Below are positions 23,500 to 36,405 of a DNA stretch of 64,000 bases, piece by piece. The DNA comes from Ramazzottius varieornatus (Eukaryota; Animalia; Tardigrada), in contig BDGG01000009.1 of the NCBI GenBank assembly GCA_001949185.1, positions 248,001 through 312,000 on the forward strand, written 5' to 3'. The position numbers and the translations under genes were made by a program. The notes under the pieces are model-generated. The model worked only from the letters and a program-made list of their open reading frames with translations, had not been told where the DNA came from and made no database searches. How positions within the stretch are numbered: position 1 is the first letter of the stretch; every line of letters begins with the position of its first letter.

Positions 23500-25700
23500 T
23501 TACTGGAAATACTTCTCAATCTCCGTCGCCATCGCCGCAGCGTCAGGTGAGACTTCATACAACTTCGGACTGCTGTACTTCTTAACGATACACTGCAAAC
23601 AAGAAGAGCTTATCATCCGCGCCTTCTACTCTGAGGCGGAAAAGATATCATTCACATGGTTCGAAAAGTTATTCTTTGGAATATTTGGGATCCCAGCAGA
23701 TAAGCTTAACAAGACTCTTTTCTCAAGTGGCCCAGGTTTTCGGTGTTACTGGTTGGAAGAGTGCGCCACTTGGATAAAGATTTTGTCGAGTTCAATTATT
23801 GAGCTCCTAATTCTGCTAAGTTTCTCTGTATGTACTGTACCTGCTGTCGTGAAGACGGCGCTGCTTTGACAACTTCCAGTAACTTGGCAGCCAGCGGTTT
23901 GACTTCCGCTTCGCTGTAAAAGCTATAGTACTGCATATCCGCGTCCTGTGGCAAAGAACAGAAAAAGTCAGTCCGCTAAAACTTCGTTAGAACGCGCTTT
24001 TTCTGAAAGACTTACCCAGACTGGCTCCTCTTCCTCTCCCCGACGCATCAGCATGGTCAAGTACATGGCAGCAGCCGCAATCTTGGATGGTAGTTCCGCG
24101 ACAAAGTCGATGGTCAGCAGTGACAGCTCCGTGATGTATTTGGCCAAACAGTACTCTTCCGTACTGGCCTGCAACGTTAAGAATACCGATCAACCTCCAC
24201 CAGTGACAAGGAGGAGGACAAAGAGGGCATACCTGGGCAGCTTTACAGCAACGACGGAGAAAGTGAGCTGCTGATGGTCGAGTGAAGTCGAACTGGAGTG
24301 CGGCACAGACCACCTGTTCCGTCTCCAGGATTTGCTGCTTGGAACAGGCCTGGTCCGCGATGAAGACAAAGTCCTCCAGCTCGGGTGGATACACTTCCTC
24401 AAACTTGGAGGCGATGAACATGCACGTCACTCCAATCAGCTGCAGCTCGTCTTTGGTCACGTCCATCTCGGGAATCTGCAAGAACGCAAGAAACAACACG
24501 TGAATGTCAGCAACGATTCCGCGGAAACACACAACGGAAAACGGCGGATATCGGTGTGAAACCACCCAATCGCTTTGGGCGGATATCCGCAAACGTCGAC
24601 GGAGCACGACGGCAATCCGATAATGGAAAATGACGGAGTCCGCTAATTTCTATTTTTCAAAAGGAAAAACCTGCACTTACAGCCAAGAACCTGTCGATCA
24701 TGTCCACAGTCAGGAAAAGGGTGTCCTGCGACATTTTGAACCTGTCAACCAGAGGATGCTGTTATTTCCAGAAAAGAGGACTGGGTCCAAGGAAAAGGCG
24801 CCCTACTTGTAAGCAACGGAGACGATCCAGTCCATCAGGATGGCTCGCATGCGACCATTGACGGACATTCCCTCCATGTACGAAGCGCTCAGTCGGACCA
24901 TCTGTTAACGCAAACGATAAACTTCATTCGTATATCGTGAGGGAAGAGAACAGGTCTCACTTCGCGCTGATGGAGGTAGTTGTAAATGTGCTCGACATAG
25001 GCCACCACCAGCGACTCGTTGCCCACATCTTCTGTGTAGATGTCGCGCACCTCTGCTGGGCGCTCCCGATATGTCAAAAGACCATTCTCTTTCCCGGCAG
25101 TGCGGACAAGATCTTGCAGGATGCGTTGGCGCTTGAACTGAGGCATCTGCTCTCGCAGACCGGACAGGGTCGGTAAGACTGCAGCCTTTCCGGGTACGAC
25201 ATTGTCGGGCAGCTTCTTCATGTCATCCTGGAACACAATCAACAATCAAATATCAACTCAGCAAGACAATCAACCATCCGCAGAACACACACAGCGATGG
25301 CGACCCACAAGATACAACTCTGGCCACGTTTCGGCATGTATGCACCTAGGACTAACCTGCCCTACAGCACTCCACGAAACACCAACACACATAAAATGGC
25401 AAGCTGTGCGGTGAGATCCGACCGAATTATCTTCGGTTGAAAAATTCGAACGTGGATGGCTTCTGAGGCCTTTCTGGCCAAAATGCTCACACCAGTCACC
25501 AAAAAACTTGTCAAAATTTCAGCGATACCACCCAGAAGATCCGCACCGTTCAAACTGAAAGGATAAAAGCGAAGGAAACTCACCTTGGGAAGAAGACTGC
25601 TCGTGACGATGGCGCGTCTCGGAGCTGGCTTGATAGCATTGCCTCCTGCTTGTGACGGTTTGAAAGGCTGGTTGTTCGCACGATTTCCTAAGGTAGCCAT
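23500..25700 (-). CDS. CycB: G2/mitotic-specific cyclin B, multi-exon
   Basis: YVEHIYNYL; cyclin box MRAILMDWIV; LQLIGVTCMFIASKFEEVYPP; LAKYITELSL; last exon IVKKYSSPKL; stop at 23500-23502. Confidence 0.92.
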
Positions 25701-26765
25701 TTTTCTCGATCAACCTGAAAACAGAAGGAGAAGGCAAATCAAATAGGATAGACAGGAAGTCAATACCAAAACGCTCTTTAATACTGAAAGAAACGAAACG
25801 ATCATCTACATCAACGTACAATAACGGTTGACGAGGACTCTCCTCCCTTTTCCCGACGAAAGAATGGATCAAGGGTCAACGATCGAGAGGAATCCCACTT
25901 TCATACAGGTGCAGGTCAGGGATAGGAGGATTCGAGGTCTGCAACGGACAAGACCCGACAAAAAGATTGAGGAGATCGATCTTTCTGACAATCGCTGGAT
26001 GCAGTCTGCCAGCAAAAAGAAAAGAGCGTCGAACTGCGATGCTCTTTTGGTGCCTCAAAAGTAGAAACCAATTTTGATTTTGCATTGAAGCTGCAATTAC
26101 TCGCACTGATTCTGACGTCACGGAAGCGATCCTGTTTATCCTCGAGAACCATATTCCAGACCGTGCTTTCCACCCGCATTTTTACCGGGTGAACTTCAAG
26201 CTGCCTACCGCATGATAACCGTACGGCCTAACTTAAATGACTACTTCATCATTCTTAACGCCGGCGATGGTCGACCATAATGACAAATATTCCCCGGGAG
26301 CAAACGTTGACCACTGGGCATTCGGAAGTGTCAAGACTGTCATCAATTTGGAATAAAAATCTATTCCGAATCCCCATCAACCCAAAGCTCTTATTACGTT
26401 CGGCTTGTTTCAGTGCAAGCATCTATAAAATATGTACAAGGAAAGCCTTTGGATACTGGAATTTGTTGAGTACGCTAGGGCAACGGTACTGAGAAAGCGG
26501 CAAAGGGGCGCCAGGAGTCGAAAATCCGACGGACCAGACTACATGACCAGCGAAGTTTCGAAAAAAAATCTCGTGGACCAGCTTTGAGGCCGCCTAATAA
26601 ATGCTTGAAAACTCATGGACCAAGACCTGTTTTAGCGTCGTGAGCCAGAGAATCTCATGGACCGCGGGTCCACAAGGAGACTGCTGACGCACGCTCGACT
26701 GAAGCGCAGTAACATCAATCATCAAGAGGAAAAAAATCACTTCCGCAATTCACATCGAGAATATA

Positions 26766-28547
26766 CTAGGAGTTGCCGTTTCTTTCTCGTTGTGTCTCTC
26801 CAGTCTTCCTTTTGGCTGGTTGCGACGATGGTGAAACCTCCGCTGTCTTGCCGTTGGTCAACGGGCCTTTCCGTTTCTGCTTCTGCGGAAGCATGTATTT
26901 GAAGACCGAGTTACAGGTTGTGCACATCGGACCCGGAACACAAAATACTGCAAAACAGACGAGAACTCCCACAAATAATTCCAAATCAAGTTGTTGCTGA
27001 CGGATGAAGAAAAAAGGTCTTACCGGAAAGACAGACGGAACAAACAAAACCAACTTCCACCAGCTTTTGATGGCAGAAACAGGCGGCACGATAGTCAACC
27101 TGCACCCTTTCCGGTACCACAAACTTGGATCGCTCGTCAGCGTCCAGCAGAAAGACCGTCTACAACGAAAGTTTCAGAGTATCCCCGTCTAAAGTGGATG
27201 GCTGATTTCCCTCATAATCTAAGCTGAAAACAGAAGGTATTCACGTTGAGAACTTGGGCAATTCCCGCCGCATTGTCCACTTTGACGTACAGTCCGCCCG
27301 TCAGATCGACGGCTTGTTGAAGGAGCACGGAATCCTCACCCAAGACACAGGCGTCCATCTTGATATTCTGCAACGGTACCCAGAAGAAATCAAAAGATCC
27401 ACGCGTCTTACGAAACTTCGGATCAACTTACCATTTTCTGTGCGGTGAAGATGGTATTGATGAAATGCATGTAATGCGAAGAACTATCCAAACCTGTTTC
27501 TATCACCTGCGATATGAAGACAATAGCGTTTTCAAAACCAGTGGGGAAGTTCAAGCGAGAGTTATGTTGGGGATGCACTGGACAGAACTCACCAGGACCC
27601 GACCATTCACAAGCTGGCCTTTGGGAGCTTCGCGCTGCAGTCGGTGAATGTCTGAAGAAAAACCCTGAGTAGAACTACATCCTTTCAGTAACTGGAGCAT
27701 TCTCCTAACCCACAGCAAAGTGAGCGGGATAGTGCGCCAATGAAGACAGTTTCGTGGCTACTCTCGCTGTTCTGCGTTTCCTTGCTCAGTTCTCTTGTGA
27801 GGATGTTGCGAACTGAATTAAGGACGGCTTCATTGACCATCCGGAAAGCTTCGGGACGGCTGTCGTTAATAGCGGGCCCCGAAGCATCTCCCGTAGGAGG
27901 ATACAGGAAGTAGCTACAAAGAAGAAGGAAGAATGGTACTTGAGCTTTAACGAGAAGTCGCGAAACGGATTTCAGCCAGAGCGTCACCTCAAGTGATGCA
28001 CGCTGTTACTGAAATGTTATTACTGGTAGCTGGAAGCGTATGTCACTTGATCTAGAATTTGGGAAATACACAGTGACGGCATGACGTAACCGCGATGTCG
28101 TCATGCGCCATTGCCGAAAACTTTACAGAAAAACGAACCTTTGGCTTTCCAGGCAGCCCAAGACGACAACCTTATTGTTCGGTTGGATTAATAGGTACGA
28201 ATTTAGAAATATGAAGATCTGGTCTAGTGAGAATGCCAGGGAATACTGCAACAAAAGACAGAGAACATAAAAAAACAAGACCAGATAACCTGATAAGATG
28301 ACTTCATCCAACCTGTTGAGATGCATGGCTGGAGGATACTCCGTTGCGAATTGCGCCGCTCTCCATTTGATCGCTCCACCACGATATATTCAGATCGAGG
28401 ATGACCACAAGAATGTTGCTGATGCTTTCTGTCAAGGAATAAAGCATTAATAACAAACTGCACCACCTAAAGGGACCGGTTGTACTCACCCACTCCGGCA
28501 GCACCAGTATCTGACGATCCCAGCGTTGTCAATCCTGTCATCGCCAT
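26766..28547 (-). CDS. GTF2H3: TFIIH subunit p34 (Tfb4), multi-exon
   Basis: [73 protein letters not shown] zinc finger. ATG at 28547. Confidence 0.93.
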
Positions 28548-28783
28548 CTTGCCGCTCGTCGGCGAAAACAGGTTCCTTCCGGCTTGAAGGTCGCCAACAG
28601 ACCCCACTCCAGATTAGCGAGGTTCCACTTCGACCCACAGGAAGAAAATTCAGATGAGATTCGTTCATGCACGAGAATCAGGCGAGCCATGTAATCAAGA
28701 ATCAATCGGTCAGCCTCGTCGTGCGGCACAACTACAGCCATTTCGAACGATAGGATTAATTTCTTATCATGTGACAGCAATAC

Positions 28784-28800
28784 GCTCTTGTGGCGCAACT

Positions 28801-28840
<40 letters not shown>

Positions 28841-28857
28841 GAATCCACCCAGGAGCG
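28784..28857 (+). tRNA. tRNA-Asn (GTT)
   Basis: Acceptor stem GCTCTTG/CAGGAGC, A-box TGGCGCAACTGG, anticodon loop CTGTTAA, B-box GGTTCGAATCC, T-run terminator near 28860-28864. Confidence 0.97.
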
Positions 28858-29053
28858 AGTTTTTCCATTTCCGATTGAGCTCTGAGGTCCGGCTTGACTG
28901 CCGAGCGATAATTTTGTTTTAATCACGAACAATCTCAACATGTTAAACGTCAACATACGAATGAAATATGAAACTTACACAGAGTAGAAGCCAGAAGACT
29001 TCGATACTTAGCAGGAACAACAAAGTGCCTTGAAACAAGAAGCGACGAACATT

Positions 29054-30731
29054 TCAATGTATAAAATTATCAGAAACAACTGAGACCAGTTTATCACGCA
29101 TTTTCTCCAGAAACATATGATACCACTGTACAAGTTTCCTTCTTTGATCAACAATCTCAGTTTGGGACAAGGAAGAGAGGTACTCGAAAAGAGTAGGAAG
29201 CTCGTCCCAGTCCGAAACGAAGAGAGCGGGAACATTGTGTTCCTTCAACAACCGATAAGGGACATCACAGCTGCCTGGAGATCTTTGGTCCTCAATCACC
29301 GGTAGCGCACCCATAGCCAAGGCTTCATAGATACGGTAACATTCAGCATTCATCCCTAAAGGAGACAAGACCATATCGGTCTCTCGCAAGGACGTCACGT
29401 ACTCTTGAGCAGAGGCCTCCGTTTCCTTCTCGGGCCATTCGTAACGCGCCTGCAAGGATGTCAAAGTCCCTTTAACATCTTTGTGTATCACGGTAATGCT
29501 AACGGGCTTTAGTTCGATGCTTCAAGGCAGGAAGTCAGTCGTGGGAACTCGGGAGGTATCTTCGGCCTTTTGTCTACGAAGATCCCTGTCAAGTCTGTAC
29601 CCAGCTCGGCCTTACAAGAACAGTGAGTATTTCGTGGAGGAAGGGCGGAAACGAACTGAACATGACGGTCGTCTCAGGTGGCGAACTCTTCCGTTGCTAT
29701 AGACTGAAGTGTGCGCCCCTTGAAAAACGGCAATGTTCCAGTCGTTTGCCGATGCCCCAAGTGATCTGGCACGTAACACTTCGCGTCTGCTTCGAAGACG
29801 CGAAAAATCATGCTGCCGGAAGTTATACCTTAATGTAGCATTTCTCCTGGAAGACTGGACTAGCCAGGACCCTCATCAAATTCAAGCGAGAATTGTTCTG
29901 GTAGACGGTCCCCATAAAATGACACTGATACGGCCTGGAGGCCTGTAGTTCGTCCTCGGACAGTTCAACCGTCGGGAAGCCACGGTAAGTCGCCACGCCC
30001 AACGGCCACTGAAAGACGCGCTTGTTGTCTACCATCTTACTATCATATACCACAAAGACCGCCCGGATCAAGTACTTGGGCGATTCGAGGTACCACAGCA
30101 GCCATTCGTTCTCACACTGCTCGTTGCCCAGAAGGATCACAGCGACATTGCGAACACTGGTGGCAGTGGGGACCGCTTCCAGCCATCTCCGCGATCGAGC
30201 CACCTTTTCGTCTGTCCGACCATTCAACACTAGCACTACATCTCGCGCATCTGCAAATGCGTTCTCAGCTTCTGGTGTCACAGCTGGTCCAGTTCGAAAC
30301 CTCCAGTTAGTGCTGCCGTGCTGAAGGAAGCCGTAGAGGAGGCGTCCTTCGAGTTTACTCGTCAACTTCCCTGAGGAAGGAACAAAAGACACGGGTTACA
30401 ACAAGGAGGGCTGTCGGCACTGATTTGAGTGATCACACAAGGAGCCGTGCTGAAATCCCTAACCTCTGAAAATATGCTCCCATAAGTAGATGCCTATGGC
30501 AGCGTCCGAGAACATGTCGATGGATAGAACCCGTAGTGGCTTGGTGGTACGATCTTCTTCCTTCTGTAGAGAGGCAACCCCATGTTGGACGACTACTTGG
30601 CTGTGAGAAGTGACGACGGAAGGCGGGAAGATGAGGAGACTGATGGGACCGACACTGATGACAATCACTACCATCACAACGAACGAAATCAAAGCACATG
30701 ATAATAATAAACGCTTGGTTCTCACTCGCAT
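29054..30731 (-). CDS. RXYLT1: Ribitol-5-phosphate xylosyltransferase 1 (TMEM5), 3 exons
   Basis: Type II TM anchor, YLWEHIF, TGPAV, VLVLNGR, LLGNEQCENEW, WPLGVATYRGFP, PLGMNAECYRIYEA, all recognised as TMEM5 motifs. Confidence 0.88.
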
Positions 30732-31305
30732 CCTGCCACCATGTCGATATATTTGCAATCCACTTCCATCTATGTCGAGATTACTGCAGTGACTTCAGTC
30801 GTTCTCAAAAAAAAAACATGGAAAAATGGAAATTTCGATCAATCTTCTGTGGGAGTGTGACGTAATACTCACATGACGTAATATACGCATACCACATTAC
30901 GCACCTATGACGTCTTCAAACGATCTGAGGTTTTGTTGGCTTCTTCATAATATGACGCGGCGCGTTTCGCGGAAGTGGTTAGGACTCGGAAGTCTCGAAA
31001 CGTTGCTCACCCTTTTCAATATCATATTTCCCAATGATCTTATTTTGTGCAACAACAGTGGATTCACATCGGACAAAAGCAAACAGCATACAAGCACACA
31101 ATCAAAGCGCTTTCATTTGGTAGACCTATTACCGGGGAAATGCTGACTTGCATCAGTGGAACATCCACCGCCCCGCGTACGAAAATACTTCTGGCACCAG
31201 CCGCACCACCTTAAAGAGGTGGCTGTTCTGTGCAACCTTGAAAGTACAAGCAACGGTTTTTCAAAAGAAGGACAAGGAAATGGTTTGTTGTCCCGCCGGG
31301 TCGTC

Positions 31306-32149
31306 ATGATTCCTTTTTACGCACTGGTTTTCCTCGCCAGTTTGTTCGAATCGATCAAGGCTCAGTTACCGATCTTCAGTCAATCAATCTACACTTTCAG
31401 TCCCGCAACATGCACGCCAGGTGCAACCATCGGACAAGTCTTTGCTAACGTCCCCAACGGCCTTGTTGCGTCCTACCTCATATCCGGCGGAAATGGCCAG
31501 TATTCTGTGGACCCAAACACGGGTATCATCTCCTTTGCTTCGATCAGTAACCTCGTCAATCAGAACACCCTTCCCGTCATCCGATACTGGACGGGTTCGC
31601 TGGACGGAAGCTCCTTACCCTTACTGGTCACAGCCATTTCCACTTCCGGTCTGACGTCCAGTGTCCCCATCACCATTTCCTCCGTGTGTAACGGTGGTCT
31701 CTCTCCCTCGCCACCTCCAGGCTTCTTTCCCAGTAATCCTACTCCTACCAACAATTTTGTCGGTGGGAACTCTCTGGGTGCGGCCTTCACCCGGTCTTCC
31801 TACCAGTTTAACGTCGCGTGTGCTCAGAACAACGCCAACGTCGGTTCAGTTTGGGTAACTTAATAAGCTTAGCTCCATTCTTCTATGTGTACGAGCACTG
31901 GCTGCACTTATCCTGAAATCATGAATGTTTTCTTAGGCCACGGCGCCAAACGGTGCAACGTTAAACTTTAGCTTGGTCGGCGACCCGACGAAAAGCTTCT
32001 TCGTGGACCCCAACAGTGGCGAAATCCGCACGATGAGGGCCAATATTCCTCCGGGAACCTACAGCATGTCTGTCCAAGCTTCGGACGGGCAGGGCGGCTC
32101 GACCATCAATGTGCCTTTAACCATCGTAGTTTCCAGCTTTTGTGGATGA
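31306..32149 (+). CDS. Small secreted protein with two cadherin-like domains and no TM segment, 2 exons (31306-31854, 31937-32149)
   Basis: Signal peptide; PIFSQSIYTF...GATIGQVFA...YSVDPNTGII and AFTRSSYQFNV...NVGSVWATA...FFVDPNSGEI...YSMSVQASD; stop directly after domain 2. Confidence 0.8.
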
Positions 32150-32541
32150 GGAGTCGTGACATGAGACCAAGCTGACCAACTGAAGGTTCTCCTTTCTTCG
32201 TAAATATTTTTTCATTATTTATTACAACAGCTTCGACATTCTAGTGTGGACGTACAGTACGAATTCTTGGTACTCGGCCAGAAGCAAGGCGTTAGTTACT
32301 GCAAGAAAACGATACGGATAAAATCGGGCAAGGATTATAGTGAAGTTAGTATGAAAACGAATTGGGAGCTCGACAAACAAACTGGACAATGCTGCCTCCG
32401 TATGCAGCGCACATCCTAGTTTTACTGGCTAGCACTCGAAAACGGTGCGCCACTCGAAAACTATCTTGTCGTGATTGTCTTCGAGCGACGACCGTCAAAT
32501 GACGATATTATACTACAGTCGAAACACGAACAAGAAAGGCG

Positions 32542-34859
32542 CTAATGATCGCGCCGCTTCTTTCTGTGGTCATCACGATCACGGTCAGACCGGCGCGGGG
32601 GACTTTTGGATCGAGAACGGCTGCGGCTGATTTCCCTTCGACGCTTCTCCTGTTCATCATCCACCTTCTTGCCCCCCTTCTTGGCCTCCTTGAGGAACTT
32701 GTCCAGTCCAAAGGGATCGGCTTCGCGTTCTTCGCCTGTATGGCGCTCAAACTGCACCGGTCCCACACGGGCCTGGGTGCGATCCGTCCCTGAGAATTCC
32801 TTGTCGGGAATGAAGCGGTTCGTCTTGACGATCGACTCCAGATCGTCGCCATACACCTCCTTGTCGTTATTCTTGGTTGGCCGGTAGATGCTCGAGCCGA
32901 TGTTCTTCTCAGACCGCCACGCCTTGTCATAGACATTGTACATCTCATCGTCACCTCCCCCAAAACCGCTGTCCATACCTGAAAACACAGAGTAATTACT
33001 GTACTCTCATGTCGAAGGTTCCGCCTTTCTTCTACGAAACAACCACCCAAGGCCGTGCTCGGCACAAATCTCGTGACGTCTCGTAGGAAAACGCAAAGTC
33101 AAGCTTGCGCGCCCACATGATTTTCCTAGACTGGAACACCGTCAGAAAAATAAAGACTAACCTTTGCTCTGATTGAAGAGACGTTGATCGAAGGCCGTGT
33201 CATCGCTTTGCTGGGCTTTTGCGGGGATACCTAGTGCAATTTTCTCAGAAATGTCCCTTTCTCGTTCGCGCTGCAGCTTGGTCCGTTTATCCGGTGCTGC
33301 CCGTTGGATGTTGCGGTCCCTGGCCCGTTCTTTGTGTCTTTCATGCCGCAGTTGGTCCCGTTCCTTCTTGTCTTCCGACTCTTCCTCTTCGTGGTGCGTT
33401 TTGATACCGGCTCGTTCTTCGCGGGCCTTTTGCGCCAACTGCCGCAGATGCTCCTCCTTCTTCTCCTTCTCTTTCTGCGCCAACTTCCTCTCCATCTGCG
33501 CTCGGGTCTCCACGTGAACACGCGCTGTTCGGTCGGCAATGTACAACGACTCTGACAGCTTGGCAAAATTCTCGTTGATGTGCACTTGCTGCAGACCGCG
33601 CCCGTCGGCAGCCAGCCGCTTGTCCAAGGGAATGGTGTAACCTTTAGCGTTCTTCCAGTTGGAGATACATGGAGGAATCTTCCAGTCGGCTTGCTCTTGC
33701 ACAGTCACCTACAAGACGCAAAACTAAGCACTGGACGGATAATCGTCACATTCAACAGCTGGACCCGAACGAGAAACCGGATAGCCGTGGAGTGCTAGTT
33801 CTACAACAATACCTGCCAAGTCTGTGCTGGGCACGGCCTTGACAGTTACAGCCCTAACAGTATACTGTATCGTAGAAGAAAAGCAGAAAATAACTTTTCA
33901 AAACTGCAACGAACGCATTTCTTCTGACACTTCTCAGAGCGAGCAAGTACGAAATCTTTTCAAAAAAGATCTTCAGCACGCTACCTTGCGAGGAGGAGAA
34001 TGCAGGACAGGCGCAGGAGGAGAAGGTGGGCCTTTGGGTAGTTTCCGGTTGATCTTGAAACGCGGAGGTTCCATTGGATCCCGCTGGACGTCCACCAGAC
34101 GAATGACGCGCTGCTTGGCTCCGGAATTGAAAGCGTCCCCCTGTTGTGACGGTGTGTAACGAATAAATTGGTCAGGGACTGTGCCTTCTGCTCGTCGGAC
34201 GGGCATGGCCGCTGCGATCTTTCTGTCGACCAACAACTGCAACGCTGACTGTGTCTCCTGCGTAAGCTTGGCGATCTCCTCTTCATCAGGCTTCTGCAGT
34301 TCTGGTGCTGATTCGTTACGGATAGGAAGAGGCACTAAATCCTGAAACTTGGAGTAGATCACCTTGTCTTTGTTGGGGCCTTGTCGTAGTATCGCATCGT
34401 ACTTGATCGCACCTGCAATGAGAGAACACTTCAATATCCAAAAACCCAAGCTTATAGCTGACCACATTACAGAGTTAGCAAGGTACGTGGCACAAAATGC
34501 ACGTCGAACCATCTATTAACCTTAACCGTATCGCATGCCACACCCCACGTAAGCAGACTGTATGGTCGCAACGGCTTACCAGAATCGTCGACAGGAACAG
34601 CCAGCGCATTGGACTTTTCCGACTTTTTCCTGCCCATGTCAAGAGGATACTGGGCAATATGGATCTCAGGGAAAGCTCCACCATCTCCAAAGTCTTCGAC
34701 AGTCCTGGGGATGTAGCCTTGTCGATGGCGATACGGAGGAACAGTCTTGTGGCGCGATACTAGCGCTGTTTGGGCAACAGCTGCCGTCCTCAGCTTTTCC
34801 GAATCTTGGTCATGGACGACCAGAGTTGGACGCGGCAGACTGCTGAGTAGGCTCGTCAT
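32542..34859 (-). CDS. SNW1: SNW domain-containing protein 1 (SKIP/Bx42/Prp45), 4 exons
   Basis: DFGDGGAFPEIHIAQYPL, DPMEPPRFK, PPSPPAPVLHSPPRK, WKIPPCISNWKNAKGYTIPLDKRLAADGRGL, DPFGLDKFL. Confidence 0.97.
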
Positions 34860-35433
34860 CTTTCCGTTCTAGTGATCCACGGGAGTAACAAATTCACACT
34901 AGACTGAGACGAGAGTCGAGAGTAGTCTTGAGAAAATTTATTCTCAGAAGTCAGAATTGCGATTTGCGAAACGGGCGCAGAAGGACGCACAGGTTCATCA
35001 TGCACCTGAATACCTGCTATGCATGGTTCGCCACGAATGTTAATTCCGTTCGTGCTTTGATTGCTCTGGCGCGACAGGAGAACGAAACGTGCATTCAGTC
35101 CGTTCCGTTTGTGTTTGGGTCTCGCTTTCTTCGCTCCGCTCGCTTCCGATTGCCGTTCCGCAGAGCGTTACAGAACAAGTCTAGCCAAGTGACGTGTCGT
35201 TCTGGAATGATTCTATTTAACTATTCTATTTTTACCGTGTTTTCCTCCAGGTTTTGTTGGTGTCCACTGTCCACGAACTTGAAATTTCCTGCTGACTGCG
35301 AAAGACGCCCATACGGAATACTGGTGCCGGCCGAACTCGCAAAGCTTCGGTTACCGCTAGCCGGATGGTGAAAGCGTTTACGCAAGCTGGACAAGAATCA
35401 GATGCGCTGGGAGTGGTTGCCTGATTGTCAAAG

Positions 35434-36223
35434 ATGAAGACGCGGATATCCTTTACCTTTTTCCTCATTTCCCTCCAGAAACTCTGCTCGGCTTATTTCG
35501 TAACAGTAGAGCCGGACAGTTCAGAATGCTTTTTCGATCGCGTTAAGACCGGTACCAAAGTCAGCCTGACGTTCGAGGTGATCGAAGGAGGCTTTATGGA
35601 TATTGATGTTCAGGTGAGTGCCGTCTGGTGGTTTGATGTCGTTTGTATGGTTGATTGATAGTCGGTTCTCAGCGTTCTGTTGGTTCCTTTATGGTCACAG
35701 TCAATTCTGCACCGGAAGTCCAGAACTTTCTTCTTGTATGGGGGGATGTCTTCTTTTTGCTTCATGCTGGATTCTCTTGCAGATAAGTGGGCCTGACGGG
35801 AAAGCCATCTATTCGGGAGAGCGAGAAACCAACGGCAAGTACACGTTTGCAACGCACATGGACGGCGCGTACCAATATTGCTTCAGCAACAAGATGTCGA
35901 CGCTGACCACCAAGACAGTCATGTTCACCATGGACTTGGGCGACGCTCCTGACCCGGCAGCTGTCAAAGGCACCCCTGAACAGCAACACCAAGAACACGA
36001 CAAGCTAGAGAACATGGTCCGGGACTTGTCGGCAGCACTGACCACCGTCAAGCACGAACAAGATTACATGAATGTGCGGGCGCGCATCCACGCTTCCATC
36101 AATGAAAACACCAACTCTCGCGTGGTCATGTGGGCCTTTTTCGAAGCTTTGATCATTGTGGCCATGACAGTGGGTCAGGTCTTTTATTTGAAACGATTTT
36201 TCGAGGTTCGTCGTATTGTGTGA
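35434..36223 (+). CDS. TMED2: p24/TMED2 cargo receptor (GOLD domain), 2 exons (35434-35613, ~35783-36223)
   Basis: Signal peptide, [43 protein letters not shown]-terminal [10 protein letters not shown]. Confidence 0.95.
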
Positions 36224-36405
36224 GTTCATACACTCCTTGTTGCCTCTCTTTCGTTTTTCTCATTGAATGCCTCAACGGAAACAAAAAATTCCATCATGTT
36301 CCTTTCAGCGTTTGACATCTGCTCTGAACTTTACTCGTGTTTTGGAGTATCGATCGTGAAACCAAGAACAAAAGTAGCATAGTCTGGAACTTTGCAAGAT
36401 CAAGA

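Noticed and set aside
26113-26126. TGACGTCA next to CGGAAG upstream of cyclin B
   Set aside because: Plausible CRE and ETS sites, but too short to support without conservation data.
28538-28798. 86-aa ORF as the GTF2H3 N-terminus
   Set aside because: Ends in a stop and overlaps the tRNA; the ATG at 28547 splices in frame instead.
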